Part shown: positions 1 to 9,552 of the stretch, one piece after another
Numbering within the stretch: position 1 is the first letter of the stretch
Layout of the letters: every line of letters starts with the position of its first letter
Source: Mycobacteriales bacterium
GTDB taxonomy: Bacteria; Actinomycetota; Actinomycetes; Mycobacteriales; SCTD01
Assembly (NCBI GenBank): GCA_040902655.1
Contig: JBBDWV010000014.1
Coordinates: 32,952-96,951, forward strand
Direction of reading: 5' to 3'
Length of the DNA stretch: 64,000 nucleotides
Made by a program: the position numbers and the translations under genes
The notes under the pieces: model-generated
What the model was told of the DNA's origin: nothing
The model's database searches: none
What the model saw: only the letters and a program-made list of their open reading frames with translations

Positions 1-262
1 CCGGCAGGGTGTCGCGGCCGGACGGCTCGACGACCAGCCGGTCGGCCTGCAGCCCCTCGACCTGCGAGACCGCCGCCCGCAGCTGCTCCCCCGCGCCGAG
101 CCACACCCGGGACGGCGGCACCACGGAGGTCGCGCGCCGGACGGCGATGTCGAGCAGCGACCGGCCCTGCAGCAGCGGCACGAGCTGCTTGGGCAGCGCC
201 GCGGTGGAGTACGGCCAGAGCCGGGTGCCGGAGCCGCCGGCCAGGATCAGGGCGTGCCTCAC
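1..262 (-). CDS. manC: mannose-1-phosphate guanylyltransferase (GDP-mannose pyrophosphorylase), N-terminal ~87 codons only; gene continues past the left edge
   Basis: Own minus-strand translation from GTG at 262: VRHALILAGGSGTRLWPYSTAALPKQLVPLLQGRSLLDIAVRRA, the GGxGTRLWP nucleotidyltransferase loop. GTGA start/stop overlap with the upstream gene. Not in the ORF track because it is truncated by the window edge. Confidence 0.75.
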   Translation of the reverse strand, partial: MRHALILAGGSGTRLWPYSTAALPKQLVPLLQGRSLLDIAVRRATSVVPPSRVWLGAGEQLRAAVSQVEGLQADRLVVEPSGRDTLP

Positions 263-1152
263 GACTCCTCCAGCACGTCGGCCGAGCGGGTCGGCGCCGC
301 ACCCTCGCCCAGCGACCGCACCCGCGCCGCCAGCAGGTAGCGCAGCAGCAGCCCCGCCCCCAGCAGCACCCGCACCGGCGCCCAGCGGGGACCGGAGTAC
401 TGCCGTGCCAGGTAGCGGTAGAGCGCCCGGTGGTGCTCGCGCAGCATCGGCCCGGCGACCCGCGAGGTCGCGTGCCCACCCTGGTGGGTGATGACGGCCT
501 CCGGCACGTAGACGCTCGCCCAGCCGGCCTCGCCGAGCCGGCGGCACAGGTCCATGTCCTCGCAGTACATGAAGTACGAGGGATCGAAGCCGGCCACGGC
601 TTCGAAGGCCTCGCGGCGCAGCAGCATGCAGGAGCCGGACAGCCAGCCCGTCGGCCCCTCGACCGGGGAACCGGCCTCGGCCCGGTAGGAGCGGGTCCAC
701 GGGTTGGTCGGCCACATCCAGCCGAACACCGCATGGCCGATGCCGCGACCGAGGGAGGGGAAGGCCCGGGCGGAGGGGTAGAGCCGGCCGTCGGGGGTGC
801 GGATCGCCGGGCCGAGGCAGCCGGCGCGGGGCCAGCGTCCCGCCGCCTCGAGCAGCGCGTCCAGCGCGCCGGGGGACCACTGGATGTCGGGGTTCGCGAC
901 GACCAGCCACTCCCCGTCGAAGCCGGAGGCACCCAGGTTGGCGGCCCGCCCGTAGCCGACATTCCCGCCGGTCGGCAGCAGCCGCACCCCGGGCCCCACC
1001 GCGGCCTGCGGCACGCCGTCGGTGCTGCCGTTGTCGGCGAGCACCACGTCGTACGGGCCGGTGGTCGCCGTGGCGAGGGAGCGCAGGAAGGGGGCGAGCG
1101 ACTCGCCCGGGGAGTAGGTGACGACCACCAGGCGGAGGGGCGCCCCGCTCAC
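259..1152 (-). CDS. wbbL: GT2 rhamnosyltransferase, WbbL-like (dTDP-Rha:GlcNAc-PP-polyprenol rhamnosyltransferase)
   Basis: C-terminal 297 codons of ORF 259..1494. Motifs VVVTYSPGESLAPFLRSL, LADNGSTDG, NVGYGRAANLG, FMYCEDMDLCRRLGEAGW track M. tuberculosis WbbL1 closely (from memory). GTG at 1152 chosen because the upstream gene stops at 1187; no good SD, so the start is uncertain. Confidence 0.8.
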   Translation of the reverse strand: MSGAPLRLVVVTYSPGESLAPFLRSLATATTGPYDVVLADNGSTDGVPQAAVGPGVRLLPTGGNVGYGRAANLGASGFDGEWLVVANPDIQWSPGALDALLEAAGRWPRAGCLGPAIRTPDGRLYPSARAFPSLGRGIGHAVFGWMWPTNPWTRSYRAEAGSPVEGPTGWLSGSCMLLRREAFEAVAGFDPSYFMYCEDMDLCRRLGEAGWASVYVPEAVITHQGGHATSRVAGPMLREHHRALYRYLARQYSGPRWAPVRVLLGAGLLLRYLLAARVRSLGEGAAPTRSADVLEES

Positions 1153-1160
1153 CGGAGGAA

Positions 1161-1196
1161 CAGGCTCACGACTCGCAGGAGCAGGCTCACGACTCG
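1161..1196. repeat. tandem duplication (21-bp period) of the GT4 stop-codon junction
   Basis: caggctcacgactcg occurs at 1161-1175 and 1182-1196. The second copy contains the stop (tca, 1187-1189) of the GT4 gene. On the coding strand each copy reads GAGTCGTGAGCCTG. Confidence 0.8.
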
Positions 1197-2338
1197 AGTG
1201 CGCGGACGTATGCCGCCATGTGCGCCTCGGCGCTGGCCGTCCAGGTGAACTCCAGCGATCTCGCGTGTCCGGCCACCCCGAGCCGCTTCCGCCGCTCGGG
1301 GTCGCGGAGCAGCGCGTCCAGGGCGGCGGCGATCGCGGCGGGGTCCGGCTCGGTGTAGGCCACCGCGTCCCCGCCGACCTCGGGCAGCGAGAGCCGGTCG
1401 GTGGTGAGCACGGCTGCGCCACAGGCCATCGCCTCGAGCACCGGCAGACCGAAACCCTCGCCGTGGCTGGGATAGGCGACCAGCAGCGCGCCACCGAGGA
1501 ACCCGGGCAGGTCGCTGAAGCGCAGGTAACCCGGGCGCAGCACCCGCAGGTGGGAGGGCACCTCGGCGATGGTGCCGTCGATCGTGTCGTCCCAGCCCGA
1601 TCCGCCGGCCAGCACGAGCGCCGGCGGGAACTCGCGCCCCTCGCAGGCCCGCACCCAGCCGCGGATCAGCCCCGGAACGTTCTTGCGCGGCTCGAGCATG
1701 CCCAGAAAAGCGATGTAGGAGTGACCGGCCAGTCCCAGCCGTGCCTGCACACGGCTCTTCTCGGCGTCCGTAGGCACCCGGAAGGTCTGCTGGTCCACCC
1801 CGTGGTAGGCCACCTCGATCCTGGTCGCGTCCGCGTCCAGCACCCGGACGAGCTCGTCGCGGGTGGCCTTGCTCGGGGTGACGACGCGGGCTGCGCGGCG
1901 CAGCGCGGTGCGGGTGGCCGACCGGAAGAAGGTGCCCTTGACGGTGCTGTGCATGGCGGGCTCGGTGAAGAACGTCACGTCGTGGACGGTGACGACGACC
2001 GGCCGGCCCGAGCGCAGCGGCATCGTGTAGTGCGGCGCGTGGACGACCTGGGCGGAGACCTGTTGGGCGACCATCGGCAGGCCGGTCTGCTCCCAGGCCA
2101 GCCGGGCCGGTCGGTGCGCGATGGCGGCCGGGCCGGGCACCACGATCGCGGCGGGCGCCATCCGGCTGTAGCGCTCGGCGTCCGAGCGCTGGCAGACCAG
2201 CGCCAGGTCGGCCCCGCCGGCGGCGAGCGCCGAGATGAGGCCGTCGACGTAGCGGCCGACGCCGCCGCGGTCTGCCGGGACGGCAGTGGCGTCGATCAGG
2301 ACGCGGGGACCGCTCGGTCCTGTGCTGCCGGCGGTCAC
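1187..2338 (-). CDS. glycosyltransferase family 4 (GT-B)
   Basis: ORF 1187..2425. RVLIDATAVPADRGGVGRYV N-terminus and EGFGLPVLEAMACGAAVLTT (EX7E region). GTG at 2338 is preceded by GAGGAG 8 nt upstream. Confidence 0.85.
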   Translation of the reverse strand: MTAGSTGPSGPRVLIDATAVPADRGGVGRYVDGLISALAAGGADLALVCQRSDAERYSRMAPAAIVVPGPAAIAHRPARLAWEQTGLPMVAQQVSAQVVHAPHYTMPLRSGRPVVVTVHDVTFFTEPAMHSTVKGTFFRSATRTALRRAARVVTPSKATRDELVRVLDADATRIEVAYHGVDQQTFRVPTDAEKSRVQARLGLAGHSYIAFLGMLEPRKNVPGLIRGWVRACEGREFPPALVLAGGSGWDDTIDGTIAEVPSHLRVLRPGYLRFSDLPGFLGGALLVAYPSHGEGFGLPVLEAMACGAAVLTTDRLSLPEVGGDAVAYTEPDPAAIAAALDALLRDPERRKRLGVAGHARSLEFTWTASAEAHMAAYVRALES

Positions 2339-2382
2339 GCGTCGGCTCCTCTCGTGAGGATGGTCGGATGGCGCGGGCGAGC

Positions 2383-3486
2383 CTACGCCGATCGGCGCGG
2401 CGCGAGGCCGCGCAGCGCCGACCACAGCGACCCGGCTGCGGCGTCCCAGGAGTACGCGAGGGCGCGCGCCCGTCCCTGCTGCGCCATCCGCGCGCGCAGT
2501 CCGGCGTCCCCGGACACCTCCCGGAGCGTGACGGCCAGCGCGGCCGGCTCGAGCCGGCTGACCCGAGCGGCACCGCCACCCACCTCCACCAGCGCGGGGG
2601 CGTCGCTGGTCACCACCGGTGTCCCGGCGGCCATCGCCTCGAGCAACGGCAGCCCGAAGCCCTCCGCGCGGCTCGGCACGACCAGCGCGACCGCCCGGTC
2701 GAGCACGACCGCGAGATCCGCGTCCGGCAGCCGGCCGAGCACCCGTACCCGGTCCGGGGTCAGCCCGGCAGCCGCGGCCAACGCTGCCGGGTCGAGCCCG
2801 CCCCAGCCCGGCTGGCCGACGCAGAGCAGCGGCAGCGCGGGGGCAGCCGGGTCGGCGAGCGCCGCGAGCAGCAGGTCCAGCCCCTTGCGTGGCTCGAGGG
2901 TGGCGACGGTGAGCAGGTAGGAGTCGGGCAGCCCCAGCCGGAGCGCCCGGGCCGCGGCGTCCGCGGGCAGCGCGAGGTCTGCGCTGACGCCCTCACCGAC
3001 CACGAGAAGCTCACGCAGCCCCACGTGCCGGCGCAGCTCGTCGGCGACGGCCCGCGTCGGCACCACCACGAGAGCTGCCTCGCGGCCGGCCCGCTCGACC
3101 TGCGCGCGGTGCCAGGCGCCCCCCCGCGGGGTGAGCGTCTCCGGATGGGTCCACGGCACCGCGTCGTGCACCACGACCACGCACGGCGCTCCACCTCCGG
3201 GCGGGAACAGCGGCGTGGGGGCGAGCACGACCTCCGCCCGCACCCGCGGGCCGAGCCCGTGCTCCCACGCGGCGACCAGCCCGCGCCGCGGCAGCGGCAA
3301 CCGCACCGGGCCGCGTACGCCGTCGATGCGGGCGGCTGTGGTGGAGCGGTGCCAGGCGACGACACCGGTCAGCTCGTCGTCGGGGCCGGCGCTGCGGGCG
3401 AGCGCCGCGGCGACCTCGCGGCTGTAGCGGCCGGTCCCGCCGGGCACCGGCGCCAGGCACTGCTCGAGGACGACGGCGAGCCTCAT
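2383..3486 (-). CDS. glycosyltransferase family 4 (GT-B)
   Basis: C-terminal part of the artefactual ORF 2383..5253, starting MRLAVVLEQCLAPVPGGTGRYSREV and containing EGFGLPLLEAMAAGTPVVTSD. ATG at 3486 overlaps the SpoIID-gene stop (ATGA). Confidence 0.85.
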   Translation of the reverse strand: MRLAVVLEQCLAPVPGGTGRYSREVAAALARSAGPDDELTGVVAWHRSTTAARIDGVRGPVRLPLPRRGLVAAWEHGLGPRVRAEVVLAPTPLFPPGGGAPCVVVVHDAVPWTHPETLTPRGGAWHRAQVERAGREAALVVVPTRAVADELRRHVGLRELLVVGEGVSADLALPADAAARALRLGLPDSYLLTVATLEPRKGLDLLLAALADPAAPALPLLCVGQPGWGGLDPAALAAAAGLTPDRVRVLGRLPDADLAVVLDRAVALVVPSRAEGFGLPLLEAMAAGTPVVTSDAPALVEVGGGAARVSRLEPAALAVTLREVSGDAGLRARMAQQGRARALAYSWDAAAGSLWSALRGLAPRRSA

Positions 3487-6056
3487 CCGACGTACCGCGG
3501 CCCCGACCCCTTGAAGACCGGCCGGCGGCGCTCGGCCGTACCCGTGACCGTCACGTCGGTGACCAGCTGCGGCCCGTACCGGCCGGTGCCGGACACGGCC
3601 TGCAGGGCCAGCCGGTAGCTGCCCGCGGCCCTGCCCTTCGCCGACAGCGGGATCCGCCACTCGCCGATCTCGCCGGGATGCACCGCGCTGGTGCCCGGAC
3701 GGTTCGCGTTCAGCGAGAGGGCGGGCGGGCGGCTCGGGGACGCCCACGCGGAGGTGGCGAGGGCGTACGGCGCGTCGCCGGCGGTGCCCAGCCGCTCGCT
3801 GCCGACCGGCCAGGCCGCGCCGCCCAGGTTGCGCAGCCGCACGACGAGGGTGGTCGTGCCGGTGTCGCCGCTGTCCAGGGTGAGGCTCCCGGGCGGCCCG
3901 GCGTGCAGCATGGCCAGGCGCGGCACGGCCGGGTCCACCCGGACGACGTTGAGGGTGCGGGCCGCACCCTCGAGCCAGCCGAAGCCGGACCAGAGCGGCT
4001 CGAAGCCCTCGGCGGTGATGCCCACCGGGCGGCCGGCGCCGTGCAGGGGGACGTCGAAGGTGCCGGACTCCCCCGGAGCCACCGCGCCGCTGCCGGAACG
4101 GAGCCGGACCGCCCGGCTCGGGCTGAGCCAGCCCGGGCCGGCTGCCGTGCTGGCCCGGTTGCGCGGCAGAGAGGTGCCGAGCAGCACCGGTGAGGAGTCG
4201 CCGGCCGGCCAGGCGACGTTGCCGGTGTCGGTGAGCTGCACGCGGACCGTGGTCGAGCCCGTCCGCGGCACGACGACGGTCCGGCCGTCGGGGAAGACCG
4301 GGGACGGGCCGCCGGTCGTCGCCGGACCGGCGCCCGGAGCGGCCACCGGCAGCGCCGCGTAGGCCGCGGTCAGCACCGCGTCCTGCACGGGGATGCTCCA
4401 GGCGACGGTCGCCCCGAAGACCGGGCCGTCGCCGATGCGCAGCCGGTAGGCCCGACCGTGCGTGCCGGCCGCCACACCTGCCGCGTCGAGGCGGACGGCG
4501 AAGTCCGCCGTCTCCCCCGGCTCGACCGTCGTCGCTCCCGGCCGGGTGGCGTTGCGGACGTAGCCACCCGGGCGGGTGGAGCCGCCGGCCAGCGGGTCGG
4601 CCTCGCCCGGCGGCGAGGCCACGGCCAGGTGCAGCCCGTCCACCGGCCAGGCCGTCGCCCCGGTGTTGCGCAGGCCGGTGGTCAGCGTCCCGGTGGAGAC
4701 GCCGGGCGGCCGCACCAGGATCGGCGCCGACGACTGCGCGGTCACCGAACTCCCGGTCTCGGCCACCACCACGCGCCACCAGGAGGACTTGAGGCCGTCG
4801 CTGTTGGCCGGCCAGGTCCGCGCGTTGTAGACGCCGGCGCCGGTGGTGCTGACCGACGTGGCCGCGCCGGTGCTGCTGACGCCCTCGAGCGTGACCTTGG
4901 TGACCCGGCCGCCCCACGCGCCGTTGCCGTCGCGGGCGGTCACCCGGATCCGCTTCAGCGTGCCGACCGCCGGGAAGCGGCGTTCGAGGTCGGTCGCGTG
5001 CAGCGAGGCCTTCCAGGCGTGCACCGAGTTGGGGACCGCGCCGTCCCAGTCGTCGCGCTGGGCCCGCAGGTAGGGGAAGTCGCCGGTCGTCGACCAGCCG
5101 CCGTTCGAGCTGCTGAACTCCGCGAAGATCGGCGTGCCGCCGTACGTCCGGACGACGCCCGCGGTGGCCCGTACGGCCTCGCTCGTCGACGCCGGCTCGA
5201 GCTCGGTGGTGCCGCCGGCCGTGTGGAGCCGGCTGCCGCCGAAGACCTGGCACTGCGTGGTGTCACAGATGTCCCAGTGGCCGGCGCCGGCGACGCGCGC
5301 GCGCTTGTTGGCCGAGTAGGAACGGGCGGCGATCGACTGGGCCTGGAGTGCAGCCGGCTTCCAGGAGGAGGGCGCCTCACGAGGGACCACCCCCAGCAGG
5401 TAGTCCTCCAGGGGCAGGACCACCACGCTGGCCAGCGTGGTGGTCGCCGTCTGCACCGCCTGCACGGCGCCGCGGTAGTCGCGGCTGGTGCCGTTCGGGA
5501 AGTCGACGCGTACGAAGGTCGGGCCGCCGAAGCGGATCGGCCCGCGGTGCGTGGTGCCGCCACCGAGGGTGTACGGCGACCAGGTCGATCCGGTCAGCGA
5601 CTGCACGTGCAGGCCGGCGCTGTCGACGGTCACGCGCCAGCGGCTCGGTCCGTCGGGCAGCTCCTGCGCGGTTCCGGTGGAGACGTCGGTGACCGTCAGG
5701 CCGCCGGCCGGGTGGACCTGCAGGTCCCGGCCCTCGTCGCCCTGCAGCAGGACCCGGATCGGCGCGGGCGCGAGCACGCTGCGCGTGGTGCCCGGGTAGT
5801 AGGTGCTGACGATCGTCTCGGCGGAGACCCCCTGGCTCGCGGCGCCCTGGGCACCCCACTGACTCATGCCGCGGCCGTGCCCCCACCCGTGGCCCTCGAT
5901 CGCGAAGACGCCGTCGGCCGGCCGCTCGGCGACCTCCTCGGCGGCAGCGGGCGCCGCCGTGCCGACGACCAGCACCGAGCCGGCGAGCAGGCCGGCCAGG
6001 GCGGTCCAGGCGTACCGCCGCCGGGAGGCGGAGGGAAGGGCGGAAGCGCGGCGCAT
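3483..6056 (-). CDS. secreted SpoIID/LytB-domain protein with three C-terminal beta-sandwich-like repeats
   Basis: 857 aa. Signal peptide AGLLAGSVLVVGTAAPAAAEE. SpoIID motifs GHGWGHGRGMSQWGAQGAA, YLLGVVPREAPSSWKPAALQAQSIAARSY, EFSSSNGGWS. Three ~120-aa repeats carry a recurring W-P...PGE..F pattern. SD GGAGAC lies 7 nt upstream of the ATG. Confidence 0.85.
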   Translation of the reverse strand: MRRASALPSASRRRYAWTALAGLLAGSVLVVGTAAPAAAEEVAERPADGVFAIEGHGWGHGRGMSQWGAQGAASQGVSAETIVSTYYPGTTRSVLAPAPIRVLLQGDEGRDLQVHPAGGLTVTDVSTGTAQELPDGPSRWRVTVDSAGLHVQSLTGSTWSPYTLGGGTTHRGPIRFGGPTFVRVDFPNGTSRDYRGAVQAVQTATTTLASVVVLPLEDYLLGVVPREAPSSWKPAALQAQSIAARSYSANKRARVAGAGHWDICDTTQCQVFGGSRLHTAGGTTELEPASTSEAVRATAGVVRTYGGTPIFAEFSSSNGGWSTTGDFPYLRAQRDDWDGAVPNSVHAWKASLHATDLERRFPAVGTLKRIRVTARDGNGAWGGRVTKVTLEGVSSTGAATSVSTTGAGVYNARTWPANSDGLKSSWWRVVVAETGSSVTAQSSAPILVRPPGVSTGTLTTGLRNTGATAWPVDGLHLAVASPPGEADPLAGGSTRPGGYVRNATRPGATTVEPGETADFAVRLDAAGVAAGTHGRAYRLRIGDGPVFGATVAWSIPVQDAVLTAAYAALPVAAPGAGPATTGGPSPVFPDGRTVVVPRTGSTTVRVQLTDTGNVAWPAGDSSPVLLGTSLPRNRASTAAGPGWLSPSRAVRLRSGSGAVAPGESGTFDVPLHGAGRPVGITAEGFEPLWSGFGWLEGAARTLNVVRVDPAVPRLAMLHAGPPGSLTLDSGDTGTTTLVVRLRNLGGAAWPVGSERLGTAGDAPYALATSAWASPSRPPALSLNANRPGTSAVHPGEIGEWRIPLSAKGRAAGSYRLALQAVSGTGRYGPQLVTDVTVTGTAERRRPVFKGSGPRYVG

Positions 6057-6080
6057 CGGGTCGTCTCCGGAGTCGGTGCC

Positions 6081-6137
6081 GTACCTGTCAGTCGTCGGCG
6101 TACCTGTCAGTCGTCGGCAGCCCTGTCAGTCGTCGGC
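6081..6137. repeat. 19-bp tandem repeat x3 overlapping the 3' end of the gene at 6126..7112
   Basis: Core ctgtcagtcgtcggc at 6085-6099, 6104-6118 and 6123-6137, separated by 4-nt linkers (gtac/gtac/agcc). On the coding strand it reads GCCGACGACTGACAG = A D D stop. Confidence 0.9.
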
Positions 6138-7112
6138 AGCCTTCCCCAGCTGCTGAACGGGGATCACAGTAGTCACTACAGCCCCACCCGGGCCAGGCTG
6201 CTTCCGCGACCGCGGTGTGAGCCCGGCCCCGGCCGCTCCCCAGAGCAGGTCGCCGAGGGTCATCAGCACCCGGCTCAGGACGGCGACCGCCAGCGCCGCG
6301 GGCCGGTCCAGCACCGGAGCCAGCCCGGCGACGAGCGCGACCTCGCGCACGCCGGCACCGGCCGGCGCCACGACGAACAGGAACCCGGCCGTCCAGGCGA
6401 GCGCGTAGGCGCCGAGGCTGAGCAGCAGCAGGTCCGCGCGGCCCTGGGTGTCCTGGGGCCGGACCAGCAGCCACAGGTGCACGCCGTACGCCGCCCACAT
6501 GACCAGCGCCCAGCCGGTCGCGGCACCGACGCCCCGACGCGACAGGGGCCGCTCGAGCGGGTCGCGGCGCAGGACGCGCAGCAGCAGATCGACCAGCCGG
6601 GAGAGCACCGGCGGGTGCAGCACGAGCAGGGCGAGCGGCAGCACGAGCAGCACCCAGGCGAAGTCGCGCAGCGCGTCGGGGCTGGTCAGCGGCAGGGCGA
6701 GCGCCGCCGTGAGCAGGCCGGCCGCGACCAGCACCCCCATGAACAGCAGGCTCGCCGTCCCGACGCGGCTGCGGGGGGCGCCCTGGGAGCGGCCCAGCTC
6801 CATCTGCGCGGCGATCGCGAACACACTGCCCGGGACGTACTTGCCGAGTTGGCCGAGGAAGAAGACATGCAGCGCCGGCCGCAGCGGCAGGCTCGTGCCG
6901 AGGTCGGCCAGCAGGGCGCGCCACACCATGGCGCTGGCGAGCAGCCCCAGGAGGGCGGCGGCGAGGGAGGCCAGGGCGCTGGCGATGCCGACGTCGCGGA
7001 CCGCGGCGAGTGCCTCGCTCCCGTTGTCGCGCAGGGCCAGGACCAGCAGCAGCAGTGCCAGGGCCAGGAAGCCGGTCCGGACGGCGCGGCCGAGCCAGGC
7101 GGGCGGTCTCAC
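6126..7112 (-). CDS. polytopic membrane protein, lysylphosphatidylglycerol-synthase-TM / flippase-like (UPF0104) family
   Basis: 328 aa with about 8 hydrophobic spans (LALALLLLVLAL, LLGLLASAMVW, LLFMGVLVAAGLL, WVLLVLPLALLVL...). Family assignment is by overall look only. GTG start at 7112. Confidence 0.65.
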   Translation of the reverse strand: MRPPAWLGRAVRTGFLALALLLLVLALRDNGSEALAAVRDVGIASALASLAAALLGLLASAMVWRALLADLGTSLPLRPALHVFFLGQLGKYVPGSVFAIAAQMELGRSQGAPRSRVGTASLLFMGVLVAAGLLTAALALPLTSPDALRDFAWVLLVLPLALLVLHPPVLSRLVDLLLRVLRRDPLERPLSRRGVGAATGWALVMWAAYGVHLWLLVRPQDTQGRADLLLLSLGAYALAWTAGFLFVVAPAGAGVREVALVAGLAPVLDRPAALAVAVLSRVLMTLGDLLWGAAGAGLTPRSRKQPGPGGAVVTTVIPVQQLGKAADD

Positions 7113-7144
7113 CAGGTCAGGTTAGGCGGCGCTAGCCTCGCCAC

Positions 7145-7771
7145 ATGACTGCAGCGCCCGAGACGCCCGGTGTGGTGATCGGCAACCACACCAAGAAGTA
7201 CACGGCCAAGAACCCGGCGATCAAGTGGCTCACCGAGCGCTTCGTCGCCCGGCTCGACACGATGGTGGGACACATCGCCGCCGATGCCCGGGCGGCCACC
7301 AACCCGCTCGAGGTGGGCGCCGGTGAGGGTGTGATCAGCCTGAAGATGAAGGAACGCTTCGGCACCTGCGTCGGGCTGGACCTGCCCGACGCCGGGCTGC
7401 GCCAGGAGTGGCGCTCGCGTCCCGGCCCGCACTACCTGCACGGCGACGCCGAGCGGCTGCCGTTCCGGGACGAGCAGTTCGACCTGGTGGTGTGCGTCGA
7501 GGTGCTCGAGCACCTGCAGGACCCCGACGCCGGGCTGCGCGAGCTGGCCCGGGTGACCTCCCGGCACCTGCTGCTGTCGGTCCCGCACGAGCCGTTCTTC
7601 CGCGGCTCCAACCTGTTGACCGGGCGCTACGTCAAGGACCTGGGCAACACCCCCGGCCACCTCAACCACTGGACCGGCGCCGGCTTCCAGCGTTTCGTCT
7701 CGCAGTGCGCGACGGTCCGCGAGGTGGCCTCGCCCTACCCCTGGACCATCGTCTGGGCCACCAAGGTCTGA
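7145..7771 (+). CDS. class I SAM-dependent methyltransferase
   Basis: 208 aa. Motif I LEVGAGEGV, DLVVCVEVLEHLQDP, ATG start. Confidence 0.85.
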   Translation: MTAAPETPGVVIGNHTKKYTAKNPAIKWLTERFVARLDTMVGHIAADARAATNPLEVGAGEGVISLKMKERFGTCVGLDLPDAGLRQEWRSRPGPHYLHGDAERLPFRDEQFDLVVCVEVLEHLQDPDAGLRELARVTSRHLLLSVPHEPFFRGSNLLTGRYVKDLGNTPGHLNHWTGAGFQRFVSQCATVREVASPYPWTIVWATKV

Positions 7772-7828
7772 CGGGCGGCGGGGTCGGCGTCGGTAGCATC
7801 GGCCGTTCCCGAGTGATGAGGTCGAGCT

Positions 7829-8875
7829 GTGCGTCTTGTGGTCCAGGTCCCCTGCCTGAACGAGGAGGAGACCCTCCCCGCTGTCCTGTCGACGATTCCG
7901 ACGTCGATCCCCGGGATCGACGATATCCTCGTGCTGATCATCGATGACGGCTCCACCGACCGCACCGTCGAGGTCGCGCAGGAGCACGGTGTCACGCACT
8001 TCGTACGGCACGCCCGCAACCGCGGCCTCGGGCGCTCCTTCCACGACGGCGTGCAGCGCGCGCTCGAGCTGGGCGCCGACATCGTCGTCAACACCGACGG
8101 CGACAACCAGTACCCGCAGGAGCGCATCACCGACCTGGTGCAGCCGATCCTTGCCGGCCGGGCCGACATCGTCATCGCCGACCGGCAGGTCGACCTGGTC
8201 GAGCACTTCTCCGGCCCGAAGAAGGTGCTGCAGAAGCTCGGCAGCCGGATCGTCAACAAGGCCGCCGGCACCGAGCTGCCGGACGCGGCCAGCGGCTTTC
8301 GCGCCTACTCGCGCGACTCGCTGATGCTGCTGAACACGATCACACGGTTCAGCTACTGCATGGAGACGATCATCCAGGCCGGCAACAAGAAGCTGGCGAT
8401 CGAGAGCGTCGCGGTCACGACCAATCCGAAGACGCGCGAGTCGCGGCTGTTCAACAACACCTACGAGCACGTCCTGAAGTCGGCCGGCGCGATCATGCGC
8501 GCCTATGTCATGTACAAGCCGTACGTCATCTTCAGCTTCTTCGCCGCGCTGCTCGGCGTGCTCGGCCTCATCCCGTTCGTGCGCTACGGGATCCTCAAGG
8601 CGATCGGCGACGAGGGCAACCACCTGCAGTCCCTGCTGGTCGGCACGATCCTGCTGGTGATGAGCTTCATGAGCGTCATCGTCGGGATCCTCGGCGACCT
8701 GCTTCGGACCAACCGGGCGCTCATCGAGGACCAGCTCGAGCACACCAAGAAGATGCGGTTCGGACAGCTCGACCCGAGCAGCCCGGCGCCGGTCGCCGTG
8801 GCCGAACGCCCCGTCACCGGGTCCACGCGCCGGGTGCCGGGCCGGAAAGCACCGGCGACCCGCCGGGTGGGCTGA
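7829..8875 (+). CDS. GT2 polyprenol-phosphate glycosyltransferase (GtrB / DPM1-like) with C-terminal TM helices
   Basis: 348 aa. [35 protein letters not shown]. Two C-terminal helices [19 protein letters not shown] and [23 protein letters not shown]. Confidence 0.85.
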   Translation: MRLVVQVPCLNEEETLPAVLSTIPTSIPGIDDILVLIIDDGSTDRTVEVAQEHGVTHFVRHARNRGLGRSFHDGVQRALELGADIVVNTDGDNQYPQERITDLVQPILAGRADIVIADRQVDLVEHFSGPKKVLQKLGSRIVNKAAGTELPDAASGFRAYSRDSLMLLNTITRFSYCMETIIQAGNKKLAIESVAVTTNPKTRESRLFNNTYEHVLKSAGAIMRAYVMYKPYVIFSFFAALLGVLGLIPFVRYGILKAIGDEGNHLQSLLVGTILLVMSFMSVIVGILGDLLRTNRALIEDQLEHTKKMRFGQLDPSSPAPVAVAERPVTGSTRRVPGRKAPATRRVG

Positions 8876-8880
8876 CGCCC

Positions 8881-9543
8881 GTGGCGGGCAGCGACTACCA
8901 CACCTACAAGCGCGCGATGACGTCGCTGCACGGCGCTCGGGAGACCAGCGCGCGGGCCTTCTACAGCGGCCTGCGGCACCGCAGGCGGCGCATCTGGATC
9001 GGCTCGAAGACGGTGCTGGACGGCGCGGAGCGCATCGCCGTCCGGGAGGGTGGCGCGCTCCGGATCGGCCTCGGCTCCTTCGGGCTGTCCAGCAGGCACG
9101 ACACCTCGATCGTGCGGGTGCGGGCGGGCGCGTCCCTGCACTGCGAGGGGATCGTGTCGCTGCAGCGCGGGGTGCGTGTGGTCGTCGACGGCGGCCGGCT
9201 GACGATCGGCCACGGCACGAATGTCAACGGCGTCGGTACGAAGATCCTGTGCGCGCAGGGCATCACCATCGGGGAGTTCTGCACGTTCTCGTGGGACGTG
9301 CAGCTGCTCGACAACGACTTCCACGCGATCACGGTCGACGGGGTCGAGCAGCCGTCGGCCGCCCCGATCACCATCGGCGACCGGGTCTGGGTGGGCACCC
9401 GGGCGGTCGTGCTCAAGGGCGTCACCATCGGCGACGGCGCGGTCGTCGCCGCGGGGGCCGTCGTGACCAGGGACGTCCCCGCGGGCGCGGTCGTCGGCGG
9501 GCTGCCCGCGAAGGTGATCGGCCGCGCCGACAGCTGGAGCTAG
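8881..9543 (+). CDS. hexapeptide-repeat (LbH) O-acetyltransferase
   Basis: 220 aa. [52 protein letters not shown]. Confidence 0.85.
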   Translation: MAGSDYHTYKRAMTSLHGARETSARAFYSGLRHRRRRIWIGSKTVLDGAERIAVREGGALRIGLGSFGLSSRHDTSIVRVRAGASLHCEGIVSLQRGVRVVVDGGRLTIGHGTNVNGVGTKILCAQGITIGEFCTFSWDVQLLDNDFHAITVDGVEQPSAAPITIGDRVWVGTRAVVLKGVTIGDGAVVAAGAVVTRDVPAGAVVGGLPAKVIGRADSWS

Positions 9544-9552
9544 CGCAGACCT

